Source: an uncultured delta proteobacterium
GTDB lineage: Bacteria; Myxococcota_A; Polyangia; Polyangiales; Polyangiaceae
DNA: 64,000 bases
NCBI GenBank assembly: GCA_963696385.1
Contig: CAVOKF010000004.1
Coordinates: 736,001 to 800,000 of the forward strand
Reading direction: 5' to 3'
Each line of letters opens with the position of its first letter. Within the stretch, counting starts at the first letter, position 1. Positions 30,301 through 38,872 of this stretch are shown piece by piece. The position numbers were made by a program, and so were the translations under genes. The notes beneath the pieces are model-generated. The model did no database searches. It was not told where the DNA came from and saw nothing but the letters and a program-made list of their open reading frames with translations.

Positions 30301-30431
30301 TTCCACCTTTGTGTGGGATCCGATGGCCGAAATGACCCTGTCGAGCGCGAGACAAGGGGGCAGAGCGCCCCGGTTGCGGCCGATCGCTGTCGCGCCTTGC
30401 CGCGGCCGCGTGTTTGCGATGGACGGGCATC

Positions 30432-31100
30432 GTGAGAGTGTTGATTCTCGAGGACGACAAGAGACTGGCCTCCTTTCTCGCGCGCGTGCTCACGGAGGAG
30501 GGGTTTGCCGTCGATGGGTGCGCGTGTGGCGCCGACGCCATCGCTCAGGCCGAGGGGGTTGCCTACGACCTCATCCTGCTCGACTGGATCGTCCCCGACA
30601 TGGATGGACTGAGCGTGTGCCGCGAGATCCGTCGATCCGGTCGCACGGCGCCCATTCTCATGCTGACGGCTCGATCGGAGACACGCGAGCGCGTCCTCGG
30701 ACTCGAGGCGGGCGCCGACGACTACATGGGCAAGCCGTTCGAAGTGGACGAGCTCGTCGCTCGAATCCGCGCTCTGCTGCGCAGGACGTCGGGTTTTGCC
30801 GCAATGCGTTATGGTGATCTCGAGCTCGACCGCGTCACGCGTCAAGCCAAGATGGCCGGGGTCACGCTCACGCTCACGCATCGCGAGTACGCCTTGTTGG
30901 TTCACTTGGTGCACCGCGCCGACCGGATCGTGACGCGGTCGGACCTTCTGTCCCACGTCTGGGCCCTTCGTTTCGACCCCGGCTCGAATCTGCTCGAAGT
31001 GCACATCAGCCGATTGCGCGACAAATTCGGGGATCGCGCGTGGATGATCGAAACGGTGCGCGGGGTCGGTTACCGCCTGCGCCGGCAGCGGGCAGCATGA
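30432..31100 (+). CDS. OmpR-family response regulator (CzcR/CusR-like), copy 1
   Basis: LILEDD, LLDW..PDMDG, LMLTAR, GADDY..KPF, HISRLR, IETVRGVGY. Confidence 0.95.
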   Translation: MRVLILEDDKRLASFLARVLTEEGFAVDGCACGADAIAQAEGVAYDLILLDWIVPDMDGLSVCREIRRSGRTAPILMLTARSETRERVLGLEAGADDYMGKPFEVDELVARIRALLRRTSGFAAMRYGDLELDRVTRQAKMAGVTLTLTHREYALLVHLVHRADRIVTRSDLLSHVWALRFDPGSNLLEVHISRLRDKFGDRAWMIETVRGVGYRLRRQRAA

Positions 31101-32458
31101 GCCTCCGAGGCCGTTTCGTAGCCGCCTCGTCGCTCGTCGCGTTCACGACGTTGAGCGGGGCCTTTTCGGCCGTCTGGTTTGCGTACGGCGCGATGCAAGA
31201 GCGAAAGCTCGACGGATCTCTTCTCGCGGAAGCCGCCGAGGACGCGGTCGACGCATCCTCCGACCGTCCTGCCGAAGCCAACCGTCCCACTCTGCGCCGG
31301 GGTGAGCTCGGGCCCATCACGAAGTACGCGGCGATCTACGACTCCGGCGGACAGGCCCTCGTCTGGACCCCCAATCTCGAAGCCGCACGCCCGCGCATGG
31401 ATTTCATCCGGCATCCGTTCGGATCGCCGTTCGATTTTTGGTGGAACAACGAGCATCTGCGAGCCGTGCTGGTCCCTGTCCCGACCGATCGCGGGCAGTC
31501 GCTCCTGCTGGCCACCCCGCGCACGGACCTCGACGGCGATGCCCGGGATCTGGAGCGGCGCATGATGGCGGCCGTTCTGGTGGCGGTCGTGGCCTCGGCG
31601 GCGGCCACGTCGTGGCTTGCGCGTCGGCTCACCCGAGACCACGATCGCATCGCCGCCGTCGCGCGCGCCGTGGCCGCGGGAGACTTGTCCGCGCGCATCG
31701 GTCCGACTTCGGGCGATCCCGAGATGGTCCGTCTCGGACGAGACTTCGACGACATGGTCTCGCGGTTGGCGGTCGTGGTCGAGACCCAGCAGCGCTTCAT
31801 CGCCAACGCCTCGCACGAACTTCGATCGCCGGTCACGACCCTGCTCGGCGAGCTTTCTTTCGCCTTGCGGCGCGACCGCGACGCCACCACGTACCGCGAG
31901 TCGATCGAGGAGGCTCTCGGTTCTGCGAGACGCTTGAGAGTCGTCACCGAGGAGTTGCTGGCGCTTGCGCGCATGGGGGCTACGGAGCCGGCACGCGAGA
32001 GCGTTCCCCTGTCTGACGTAACGCGTTCGGCGGTCGAGGCTACCCGCGAGGCGGCCGAGGCGCGTGGGGTCGCGCTGGAGGTGACGTGCGCCGCCGCTTC
32101 GGTGCGGGGCCATGCGGGCGACCTCGGACGCTTGCTGCGCAATCTCGTGGAGAACGCCATCCGCCATTCTCCGCGTGGCGGCCGCGTGCGCATCGAGGCG
32201 CGGCCTACGGCCGACCATCTTCGATTGCTGGTGAGCGATGACGGGCCCGGGGTGCCCCCCGACGTCCGTGAGCGCATCTTTGAACCGTTCTTCAGGCTGC
32301 CCGGCGACGCCACCGATCACGCCGGCGCCGGCCTCGGACTCGCGATCGGGCGAGGCATCGCACGCGCGCACGGGGGCGATCTTTGGGTGGACGATTCGAC
32401 GCACGGTGCGCGGTTCGTCGTGCGCCTGCCGCTCCCGGGACCGGGCGCAGCGACGTAA
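31097..32458 (+). CDS. HAMP sensor histidine kinase (CzcS/CusS-like)
   Basis: ATGA overlap with the regulator; two TM segments, HAMP, ANASHELRSP, NLVENA, DDGPG, GAGLGL. Confidence 0.93.
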   Translation: MSLRGRFVAASSLVAFTTLSGAFSAVWFAYGAMQERKLDGSLLAEAAEDAVDASSDRPAEANRPTLRRGELGPITKYAAIYDSGGQALVWTPNLEAARPRMDFIRHPFGSPFDFWWNNEHLRAVLVPVPTDRGQSLLLATPRTDLDGDARDLERRMMAAVLVAVVASAAATSWLARRLTRDHDRIAAVARAVAAGDLSARIGPTSGDPEMVRLGRDFDDMVSRLAVVVETQQRFIANASHELRSPVTTLLGELSFALRRDRDATTYRESIEEALGSARRLRVVTEELLALARMGATEPARESVPLSDVTRSAVEATREAAEARGVALEVTCAAASVRGHAGDLGRLLRNLVENAIRHSPRGGRVRIEARPTADHLRLLVSDDGPGVPPDVRERIFEPFFRLPGDATDHAGAGLGLAIGRGIARAHGGDLWVDDSTHGARFVVRLPLPGPGAAT

Positions 32459-32630
32459 CGGTCGCGCGAGGCCCGCGAAGGCGCCGCCATCGGTTGTACG
32501 ATACACGGCGGCGGCTCGCCGGTAAGCAACGAGCCGCCGTTGCGCGCCGGCTACAGGCTGCGCGCGATGAAGGACGCGGCCAGTGCGCCGGGTCCCGGGC
32601 GAGTCGTCGACGCTTGTGCAAAACAATCGT

Positions 32631-33683
32631 TCAGGGGCCGCCCAGGATCTGCGTCGGGTTGTCGTAGCGCCACACGTGCGCGATCTGACCGCCGCTGATC
32701 TCGCAAATGTCCACGATCTCCAGGCTAAACACCTTGTCGCGTTGCGCGGGGATCCAGCCCATCGGTCCCAGCTGCTCGCCAGCGATGGAATACTCCACGA
32801 CCGCGAAGCGTGCGACCCCCCACCCATTGTCCACCGTCGTGTCGAGCTGGCCCACTGCCTTGTGCATGGCCTTGTAATACGTCCGAGCGGCCTCCTTCCC
32901 CCGCGCGGGCTCCGATCGCTCGAGATCGTCGACCTCGAAACCATCCGTCACACTGCCGACGTAATCGACTTCCTTGTTGTTTTCGAGAGCGTCGAACCAC
33001 GACTTCACCAGGGTGAGATGGCTCTGTTCGTCCGCGGACGCCGGCTGCGCCTGCTCGAACACCTGAGCCGGACCCGTCGGCGGAGTGGAGAGCGGCAAAG
33101 CCAGCAGTTCCTTTGGGCCGACGCCCAGTTGCGCCTTTACGATCGCAACGTCGACGTACAAGTGCACGTCGGTGATGCTGCCGTCATCCCGGGTCCAGAG
33201 CAAAGCCAGCCCCGTGAAGGCCACCGGCTTGTGTGTAGTAGCGATACCCATCCAGGCGCGCGCATGCGTCCCCGTCATCGTCCACTCGATCGTCTGCTCG
33301 TTCGGAGTGCGCCAGACCCGGGTTGCTGCCACTTTTCGGTCGTCGAAAGCCCCGAGAAGCAGGTCGTGCGCGCGGGCGACCGCCCCGCGGCCATGCGCGT
33401 CGTCCGAACCCGGCGACGCGAAGTGCGCCTCGTCGTCGAGCAACGGACCGAGTTGCGCGATCCCGGGCGAGGAAAGCGCCGATACGTACACCTCCGCCAA
33501 AGCCCGCTCCTTCGCCGAGATGATGTCCGAGCCGGCATCGACTACGGGACGGACCTGCAGCGATTGCCAGTTCACGGGCGCCGGGGGCGGCTGCGCGACC
33601 GTCTCGCTCGAGCAGCCCGATAGGCCCAACGCGATCGCGCCCAGCATGTTTCGATACGTGTCCATAAATCGTGGATCTCCCAT
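32631..33683 (-). CDS. Lipoprotein with tandem SnoaL/NTF2-like domains
   Basis: LSGC lipobox; EWTMTGTH...WMGI..T.KPV and second repeat EYSIAGEQLG, GGQIAHVWRY. Confidence 0.75.
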   Translation of the reverse strand: MGDPRFMDTYRNMLGAIALGLSGCSSETVAQPPPAPVNWQSLQVRPVVDAGSDIISAKERALAEVYVSALSSPGIAQLGPLLDDEAHFASPGSDDAHGRGAVARAHDLLLGAFDDRKVAATRVWRTPNEQTIEWTMTGTHARAWMGIATTHKPVAFTGLALLWTRDDGSITDVHLYVDVAIVKAQLGVGPKELLALPLSTPPTGPAQVFEQAQPASADEQSHLTLVKSWFDALENNKEVDYVGSVTDGFEVDDLERSEPARGKEAARTYYKAMHKAVGQLDTTVDNGWGVARFAVVEYSIAGEQLGPMGWIPAQRDKVFSLEIVDICEISGGQIAHVWRYDNPTQILGGP

Positions 33684-33686
33684 CGG

Positions 33687-34349
33687 TCAGAAGCTGTAGC
33701 CAATAGAGGCGAGCAACCGCGGACGCACGGCGTTGTTCGCGTAGATGGAGGCCGGCAGTTGCTGCTCCGGGATCGACTTGCTCGTGACGACGTACTGCGC
33801 TCCCGCGCCCACGCTCACGGCGATCGTGTCGGCGATGAGCGCCTCGTATCCGGCGTCGGCTGCGACGCCGAAGTCGACAAACGGCGTATCGCTGCCGTTG
33901 CCGGTCTTCGCGCTGATGCTGGCGAGCACCAGCGACGGGCCGAGGAAAAAACCCCGGGGGCCGCCTTTCTCGAAGTAGTAACGATAGCCGAGCTCACCGC
34001 CGAAGCCGTGGAACGTCTGGGCAAGGACGTTCAGAGTATAAGGGAGCTCGTTGCCGTTGGCGTCGATGCTGGTCGCATACGGTACCGTTTTCGCCCACGT
34101 GTAAAATGGGCTGAGGATCAACGCGTGGTGGTCGCAGGGCACCACGACGACGTTGAGGCTAAACCGGTCGATGAACAGGGCCAAGGGATTCCACTCGATG
34201 GTGAGTGCCCGGTGGGGCGACGGAGCTTCGTGGAGCGCGACGTCGACCGGGGGCGGGGGCTCCGCGAGGGCGAAGCGCCCTGCCGTCGTGACCGTCGCGG
34301 CGACCCCGACGCTCATGAGCAGCTTCAGAAGCAGAGAAGAACGATCCAT
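33687..34349 (-). CDS. Small outer-membrane beta-barrel (DUF3575-like)
   Basis: Signal peptide; IEWNPL, GELGYRYY, GFFLGP; ends IGYSF. Confidence 0.7.
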   Translation of the reverse strand: MDRSSLLLKLLMSVGVAATVTTAGRFALAEPPPPVDVALHEAPSPHRALTIEWNPLALFIDRFSLNVVVVPCDHHALILSPFYTWAKTVPYATSIDANGNELPYTLNVLAQTFHGFGGELGYRYYFEKGGPRGFFLGPSLVLASISAKTGNGSDTPFVDFGVAADAGYEALIADTIAVSVGAGAQYVVTSKSIPEQQLPASIYANNAVRPRLLASIGYSF

Positions 34350-34390
34350 GGCGGCGCTCCGCTGGCAAGCTCTGTGCTAGCTCGCGCCGC

Positions 34391-34870
34391 ATGCGTTTTC
34401 GGCTCATCCTCATGGTCCTCCTTGCGGCCTCTCTGGCCGGTCCAACTCCCGCCTGGGCGAGCGACGGCGGCGGCAACACGACGAGCGCCGACGGCGGCGC
34501 AGAGCCGTCGAGTGTCGTCGACGGGGGCGGCTCGGAAGCCGGCGCGCAGGACGCCGCTACCGGCGCGGGCAGCTCGGAAGCCGAAGACGCTGCGCCTGCC
34601 GTGCCGGTGGTGGCCTGCGACGGCGACCTTTGCGACACCCTGCAGGGTCGGCCGTCGTGCTCCGTCGTCGCGCGGCCGCTCGGGGGCTCGTCGGGCGCTC
34701 CGATCGGGCTCGCCGGCACATGGGCGGCGGTGGCTCTCTGCATCGTGCGCAGGACGCGTCGTGGGGCGTCCCGCCCAGGCAAGAGGGCGCCATGCGTGAT
34801 CAGTTGTCCCACCCCGCGAGGGTCGGGGAGCACGTTGCCGATTCTGCCGTCGGATGTCTCGTCGCTGTAA
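34391..34870 (+). CDS. Small secreted acidic protein with MYXO-CTERM-like tail
   Basis: Signal peptide (PAWA), acidic linker, CDGDLC, then SCSVV..GG...hydrophobic...RRTRR. Confidence 0.6.
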   Translation: MRFRLILMVLLAASLAGPTPAWASDGGGNTTSADGGAEPSSVVDGGGSEAGAQDAATGAGSSEAEDAAPAVPVVACDGDLCDTLQGRPSCSVVARPLGGSSGAPIGLAGTWAAVALCIVRRTRRGASRPGKRAPCVISCPTPRGSGSTLPILPSDVSSL

Positions 34871-35050
34871 GGTCCGTTACTTTCCGCCGTTTTGGCGCTC
34901 GCCGAGGGCAAGGCTGTCCGCCCTCTGCACGGGGCTTCGGTTGGGCGATTCATCCCACTCGGGCCGGGAATCGCCCTCGCGGTGGGGCGGGGCGGCCGGT
35001 TCCCGGCAGCGCACGACCGCTGGTGCGACAGTTGCTTCGGGCGAGCCGCG

Positions 35051-36460
35051 ATGTCGGTTCGATTTCTCTTTCTGACGTTCTTTTGGCTTGCAGCGGCCGC
35101 CACGACGCAAGCGCCGGCATGGGCGGAGGGGCCGACGCCCCCTCCGACCGAGCTGCCGCAGAGGGTCACGCTCGATGAAGCGCTGCGCATCTTCCGCACG
35201 CGGGGCATCGAGTTGCTCATCGCCGAGGCCGCGGTGCATAACGCCGAGGGAGCCGTGAAGATCGCCGGCGCGGTGCCGAATCCCGTCGTGAGCGGGAGCT
35301 TGGGCGACGCATTCACCTACACGAGCAAAGACCCGAGCTGTGCGTTCAGCGGGCCTTCGACCATGGCGACCAACTACGTGCAGTGCTCCAACCAGGTTTG
35401 GAACGTCGGCCTCTCCGACTCGGCCGCCATCGAAGACAGCCTGTCGGGCAAACGCGACCTGAGATTCAAGGTCGCTCGAAACGCCCTCGCAGCGGCGAAG
35501 ATGTCGCGCGTCGACGCCGAACGAACTCTCGTGTTCCAGGTCGAATCGGTATACCTCCAAGTGGCCCAAGCCATGCTTGGGTACAAGTTCGCGAAAGACG
35601 TGGCCGACTCCAACACAACGATCCTCGACAAGTTCAAAGTCAAGTACGCCACCGGCGCGATCAACGACGGCGACCTCGCTCGCATGGAGACCCAGAAGGC
35701 CGAGTCGGATCAGGCCTTGGATACCGCTGGACAGACGTTGCGGCAGGCGCGCGTGGCGCTCGCGTTTCTGCTGGGCGTCCGCGGCGAGGTCCCTGACTTC
35801 GACGTCGACACCAAGATCCTCGATTACTCCGTTCCCTCGCCGCTGACGAATGCCCGGGAAGTCGATCTTTTGCGGCTGGCGTTCGATCACCGGCCGGATC
35901 TCATCGCGGCGGGCTACACCATGGCCTCAGCGGAAGCTGGGCTTACGCTCGTGAAGCGGCAGAAGTTCCCCGACATCACGTTGTCGCTCAACTATGCGCA
36001 GGGTGGATACGGTGGCACCGGCACGAACACGCCGCTTCAAACTCCCATGATCACGGTCGGCGTTTCCGCGCCCATCCCCATATTCTATCAGTTGCAAGGC
36101 GAGCAGCGGCAGGCCGAGGCCCAAGTCGATACGACCGCCCTGCAACATGCTCAGGCGGCCAAGCAGGTGGTCAGCGATGTGGGGACGGCCTACGCTGCGT
36201 TTGACGCAGCGCGAAAACTCGTCGTGCGCATGGAAAAGGGCGAACCGGAGGGGAAGGTGCGCCCGATTCTGGAGAGCTCAAAAGTGGCACTCGATATCAC
36301 GCGCCTGCAATACGAAAAAGGCGCCGCGAGCTTGTCGGACTTCCTTCTTGCGCTTCAGACGTACATCGCGACCAAAATTGAATATTTCGGGGACCTCACC
36401 AATTACTGGACGGCCGTCTACCAGCTCGAAGAAGCGGTCGCCACGGAGTTGCATCAATGA
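35051..36460 (+). CDS. TolC/CzcC-family outer-membrane efflux protein
   Basis: VTLDEAL, PNP, RPDL, FPDITL, YEKGAASLSDFL; ATGA overlap with the MFP. Confidence 0.92.
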   Translation: MSVRFLFLTFFWLAAAATTQAPAWAEGPTPPPTELPQRVTLDEALRIFRTRGIELLIAEAAVHNAEGAVKIAGAVPNPVVSGSLGDAFTYTSKDPSCAFSGPSTMATNYVQCSNQVWNVGLSDSAAIEDSLSGKRDLRFKVARNALAAAKMSRVDAERTLVFQVESVYLQVAQAMLGYKFAKDVADSNTTILDKFKVKYATGAINDGDLARMETQKAESDQALDTAGQTLRQARVALAFLLGVRGEVPDFDVDTKILDYSVPSPLTNAREVDLLRLAFDHRPDLIAAGYTMASAEAGLTLVKRQKFPDITLSLNYAQGGYGGTGTNTPLQTPMITVGVSAPIPIFYQLQGEQRQAEAQVDTTALQHAQAAKQVVSDVGTAYAAFDAARKLVVRMEKGEPEGKVRPILESSKVALDITRLQYEKGAASLSDFLLALQTYIATKIEYFGDLTNYWTAVYQLEEAVATELHQ

Positions 36461-37653
36461 GCCGCATCACCAGCAAGCACCTCATCACCCTGCCCGTCGT
36501 CGCCTTCGCCGCCTTGGAAGTGGGCTGTCACGCGTCCCAAGCGGCGCCGGAAGCGGCTACCGGAGCTCCTCCGAGCGACCAGGTATGGCTGACGCCCGCC
36601 CAAGTCGTCGAAGCCAAGATTCAGGTGGCCCCGGTCGGCAACCAGGTCGTGGACGACACGCTGCTCACAAGCGGGACCATCACCCTCGACGACCTTCGGA
36701 GCGGCCATGTGTTTTCGCCGGTCACCGGACGGGTCACCAAAATCGTGGCCCAGCTCGGCCAACATGTGAAAAAGGGCGACCCGCTCGCCACCATCGAGTC
36801 CCCCGACATCGGCAACGCGGTGAGCGACGTCCACAAGGGCGAGGCCGACTTGATCGCCGCCGAGCACAACCTCGACCGCAAGAAGGCCCTGTATGCTCAA
36901 AAGGCCGCGGCGGCCGCCGACGTCGAGGCGTCGGAAGACGCCGAGCGAAACGCCAAAGCGGAGCTCGAACGGGCGCGCCAAAAGCAGTTTCTGCTGCGCG
37001 TGGGCAATGTCGACGCCGTCACGCAAACCTACACGCTGTCGTCCCCCATCGACGGCGAAGTGTTGCTGCGCAACATCAACCCGGGGGTCGAAGTGCAAGG
37101 CCAGTACAGCGGTGGGGCTGGCAACAATTGCATCGCTGGCCTCACGACCAACGCGGTTTGCGGCGAGCTATTCACGATCGGCGAGCTCGACAAGGTCTGG
37201 GTGTTGGGCGACGTCTACGAGATCGACATGGGGCGCGTCCACGTCGGCGCCCCCGCGAAAGTCACGACCGTTGCGTATCCCGGCCGCGTGTTCACAGGTA
37301 CGGTCGATTGGGTGAGCGGGTCCATGGACTCGAACACGCGTACGGCGAAAGTCCGTTGCACGTTCGACAACCCCGACGGGCAACTGCGACCGATGATGTA
37401 TGCTACCGTCCAGATCTCGGTCGACCAAAGAGAGGCGCTTGCCATTCCGAGAAGCTCGGTTGTTCACATGGGGGAGTACAAGGTCGTGTTCGTGCAGGTC
37501 GGCGAGGCCAACGGTCAAGTGGCCTTCGAACGGCTTCCGGTCGCTATCGACGAGAGCGTGGCCACTCCGTACGTGGCCGTGAAGCACGGCGTCGAACCGG
37601 GCCAAAAAATTGTCGTCAACGGCGCGGCTGTCTTGTCGTCGCAGAGGCTTTGA
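36457..37653 (+). CDS. Efflux RND periplasmic adaptor (CzcB-like), copy 1
   Basis: VFSPVTGRV, VKKGDPL, SPIDGEV, TRTAKVR, LRPMMY. Confidence 0.92.
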   Translation: MSRITSKHLITLPVVAFAALEVGCHASQAAPEAATGAPPSDQVWLTPAQVVEAKIQVAPVGNQVVDDTLLTSGTITLDDLRSGHVFSPVTGRVTKIVAQLGQHVKKGDPLATIESPDIGNAVSDVHKGEADLIAAEHNLDRKKALYAQKAAAAADVEASEDAERNAKAELERARQKQFLLRVGNVDAVTQTYTLSSPIDGEVLLRNINPGVEVQGQYSGGAGNNCIAGLTTNAVCGELFTIGELDKVWVLGDVYEIDMGRVHVGAPAKVTTVAYPGRVFTGTVDWVSGSMDSNTRTAKVRCTFDNPDGQLRPMMYATVQISVDQREALAIPRSSVVHMGEYKVVFVQVGEANGQVAFERLPVAIDESVATPYVAVKHGVEPGQKIVVNGAAVLSSQRL

Positions 37654-37658
37654 AGCTC

Positions 37659-38816
37659 ATGTCGGTTCCCCGCCTCAGGGCTCGTGCAGCCGCGTCCTGG
37701 ATCGCGGCCGCAGCTTTGGGCGTCGCGGCGTGCCACCCCGCTCCGGCGACCACCGAGGCGCCGGAGGTCCAGCACCCCGAAGGCGAGGTTTGGCTCACAC
37801 CCCAGCAAGTTCGCGACGCGAAAATTGGGGTGCAACCTGTGGAGGTTCATGCCGTCGACGACACGATCCTGACGAGCGGCACGATCTCGCTCGACGACCA
37901 GCGCACCGGTCACGTGTTCTCGCCCGTGACCGGCCGAGTGGTCAACATCGTCGCCCAGCTCGGGCAACGCGTTCACAAGGGAGACCCGTTGGCCGTCATC
38001 GAGTCGCCGGATGTTGGCAGCGCCGTCAGCGACGTCCACAAGGCCCAGGCCGATCTCATCGCGGCCGAGCACGATCTCAAGCGCAAAAAGGAGCTTTTTG
38101 AGCAAAAGGCAGGATCCTCTGCGGATATGGAGGCTTCGATGGACAACTACCGTCGGGCCAAAGCCGAGCTCGAGCGAGCGCAGCAAAAAGCTTACTTGCT
38201 CCGCAATGGTAATGCCGATGCCGTCACGCAGACGTACACGCTGCCGGCGCCCCTCGACGGCGAAGTGTTGCTTCGGAACATCAACCCCGGCGTGGAGGTC
38301 CAGGGGCAGTACAGCGGCGGGGCGACCGTGGAGCTTTTCACGATCGGCGAGCTCGATAAGGTCTGGATGCTCGGGGATCTCTACGAGATGGACATCGCGC
38401 GCGTCCACGTGGGTGCGCCCGCGACCGTCACGGTCGTCTCCTATCCCGGTAAGGTCTTCGCGGGGGTCGTTGACTGGGTGAGCGGCTCGCTCGACCCGAA
38501 TACGAGAACGGCCAAAGTCCGGTGCACGTTTGACAATCCCGAGAAACTCTTGCGGCCCATGATGTATGCCACCGCGCAGATCTCGGTCGATCGCGAGAAC
38601 GCGCTGGCCATTCCCCGCAATGCGCTCTTGCGCTTGGGCGAAGACAAAGTCGTCTTCATCGAAGTCGGCGACGCCAACAATCAGGTGCGCTTCAAACAAG
38701 TCACCGTCGATGTCGACGAGGGCGAGTCGAGCCCATGGCTCATCGTCAAGAAGGGGCTCCAGCCCGGCCAGAAGATCGTCGTGAACGGCGCCATTCTGCT
38801 CTCCCAAAGTCTCTGA
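37659..38816 (+). CDS. Efflux RND periplasmic adaptor (CzcB-like), copy 2
   Basis: Lipobox VAAC; same motifs as copy 1; ATG 5 bp after the copy 1 stop. Confidence 0.92.
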   Translation: MSVPRLRARAAASWIAAAALGVAACHPAPATTEAPEVQHPEGEVWLTPQQVRDAKIGVQPVEVHAVDDTILTSGTISLDDQRTGHVFSPVTGRVVNIVAQLGQRVHKGDPLAVIESPDVGSAVSDVHKAQADLIAAEHDLKRKKELFEQKAGSSADMEASMDNYRRAKAELERAQQKAYLLRNGNADAVTQTYTLPAPLDGEVLLRNINPGVEVQGQYSGGATVELFTIGELDKVWMLGDLYEMDIARVHVGAPATVTVVSYPGKVFAGVVDWVSGSLDPNTRTAKVRCTFDNPEKLLRPMMYATAQISVDRENALAIPRNALLRLGEDKVVFIEVGDANNQVRFKQVTVDVDEGESSPWLIVKKGLQPGQKIVVNGAILLSQSL

Positions 38817-38872
38817 ATTTTCCCGCTCGAGGGAGTCGACATCGTCCGAGCGTACATGAAATAAAGGCGACG

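Noticed and set aside
36147..37658. 889-aa ORF suggesting a giant MFP
   Set aside because: The Arg-rich N-terminal part is an alternative frame over tolC/MFP1; the real start is 37659.
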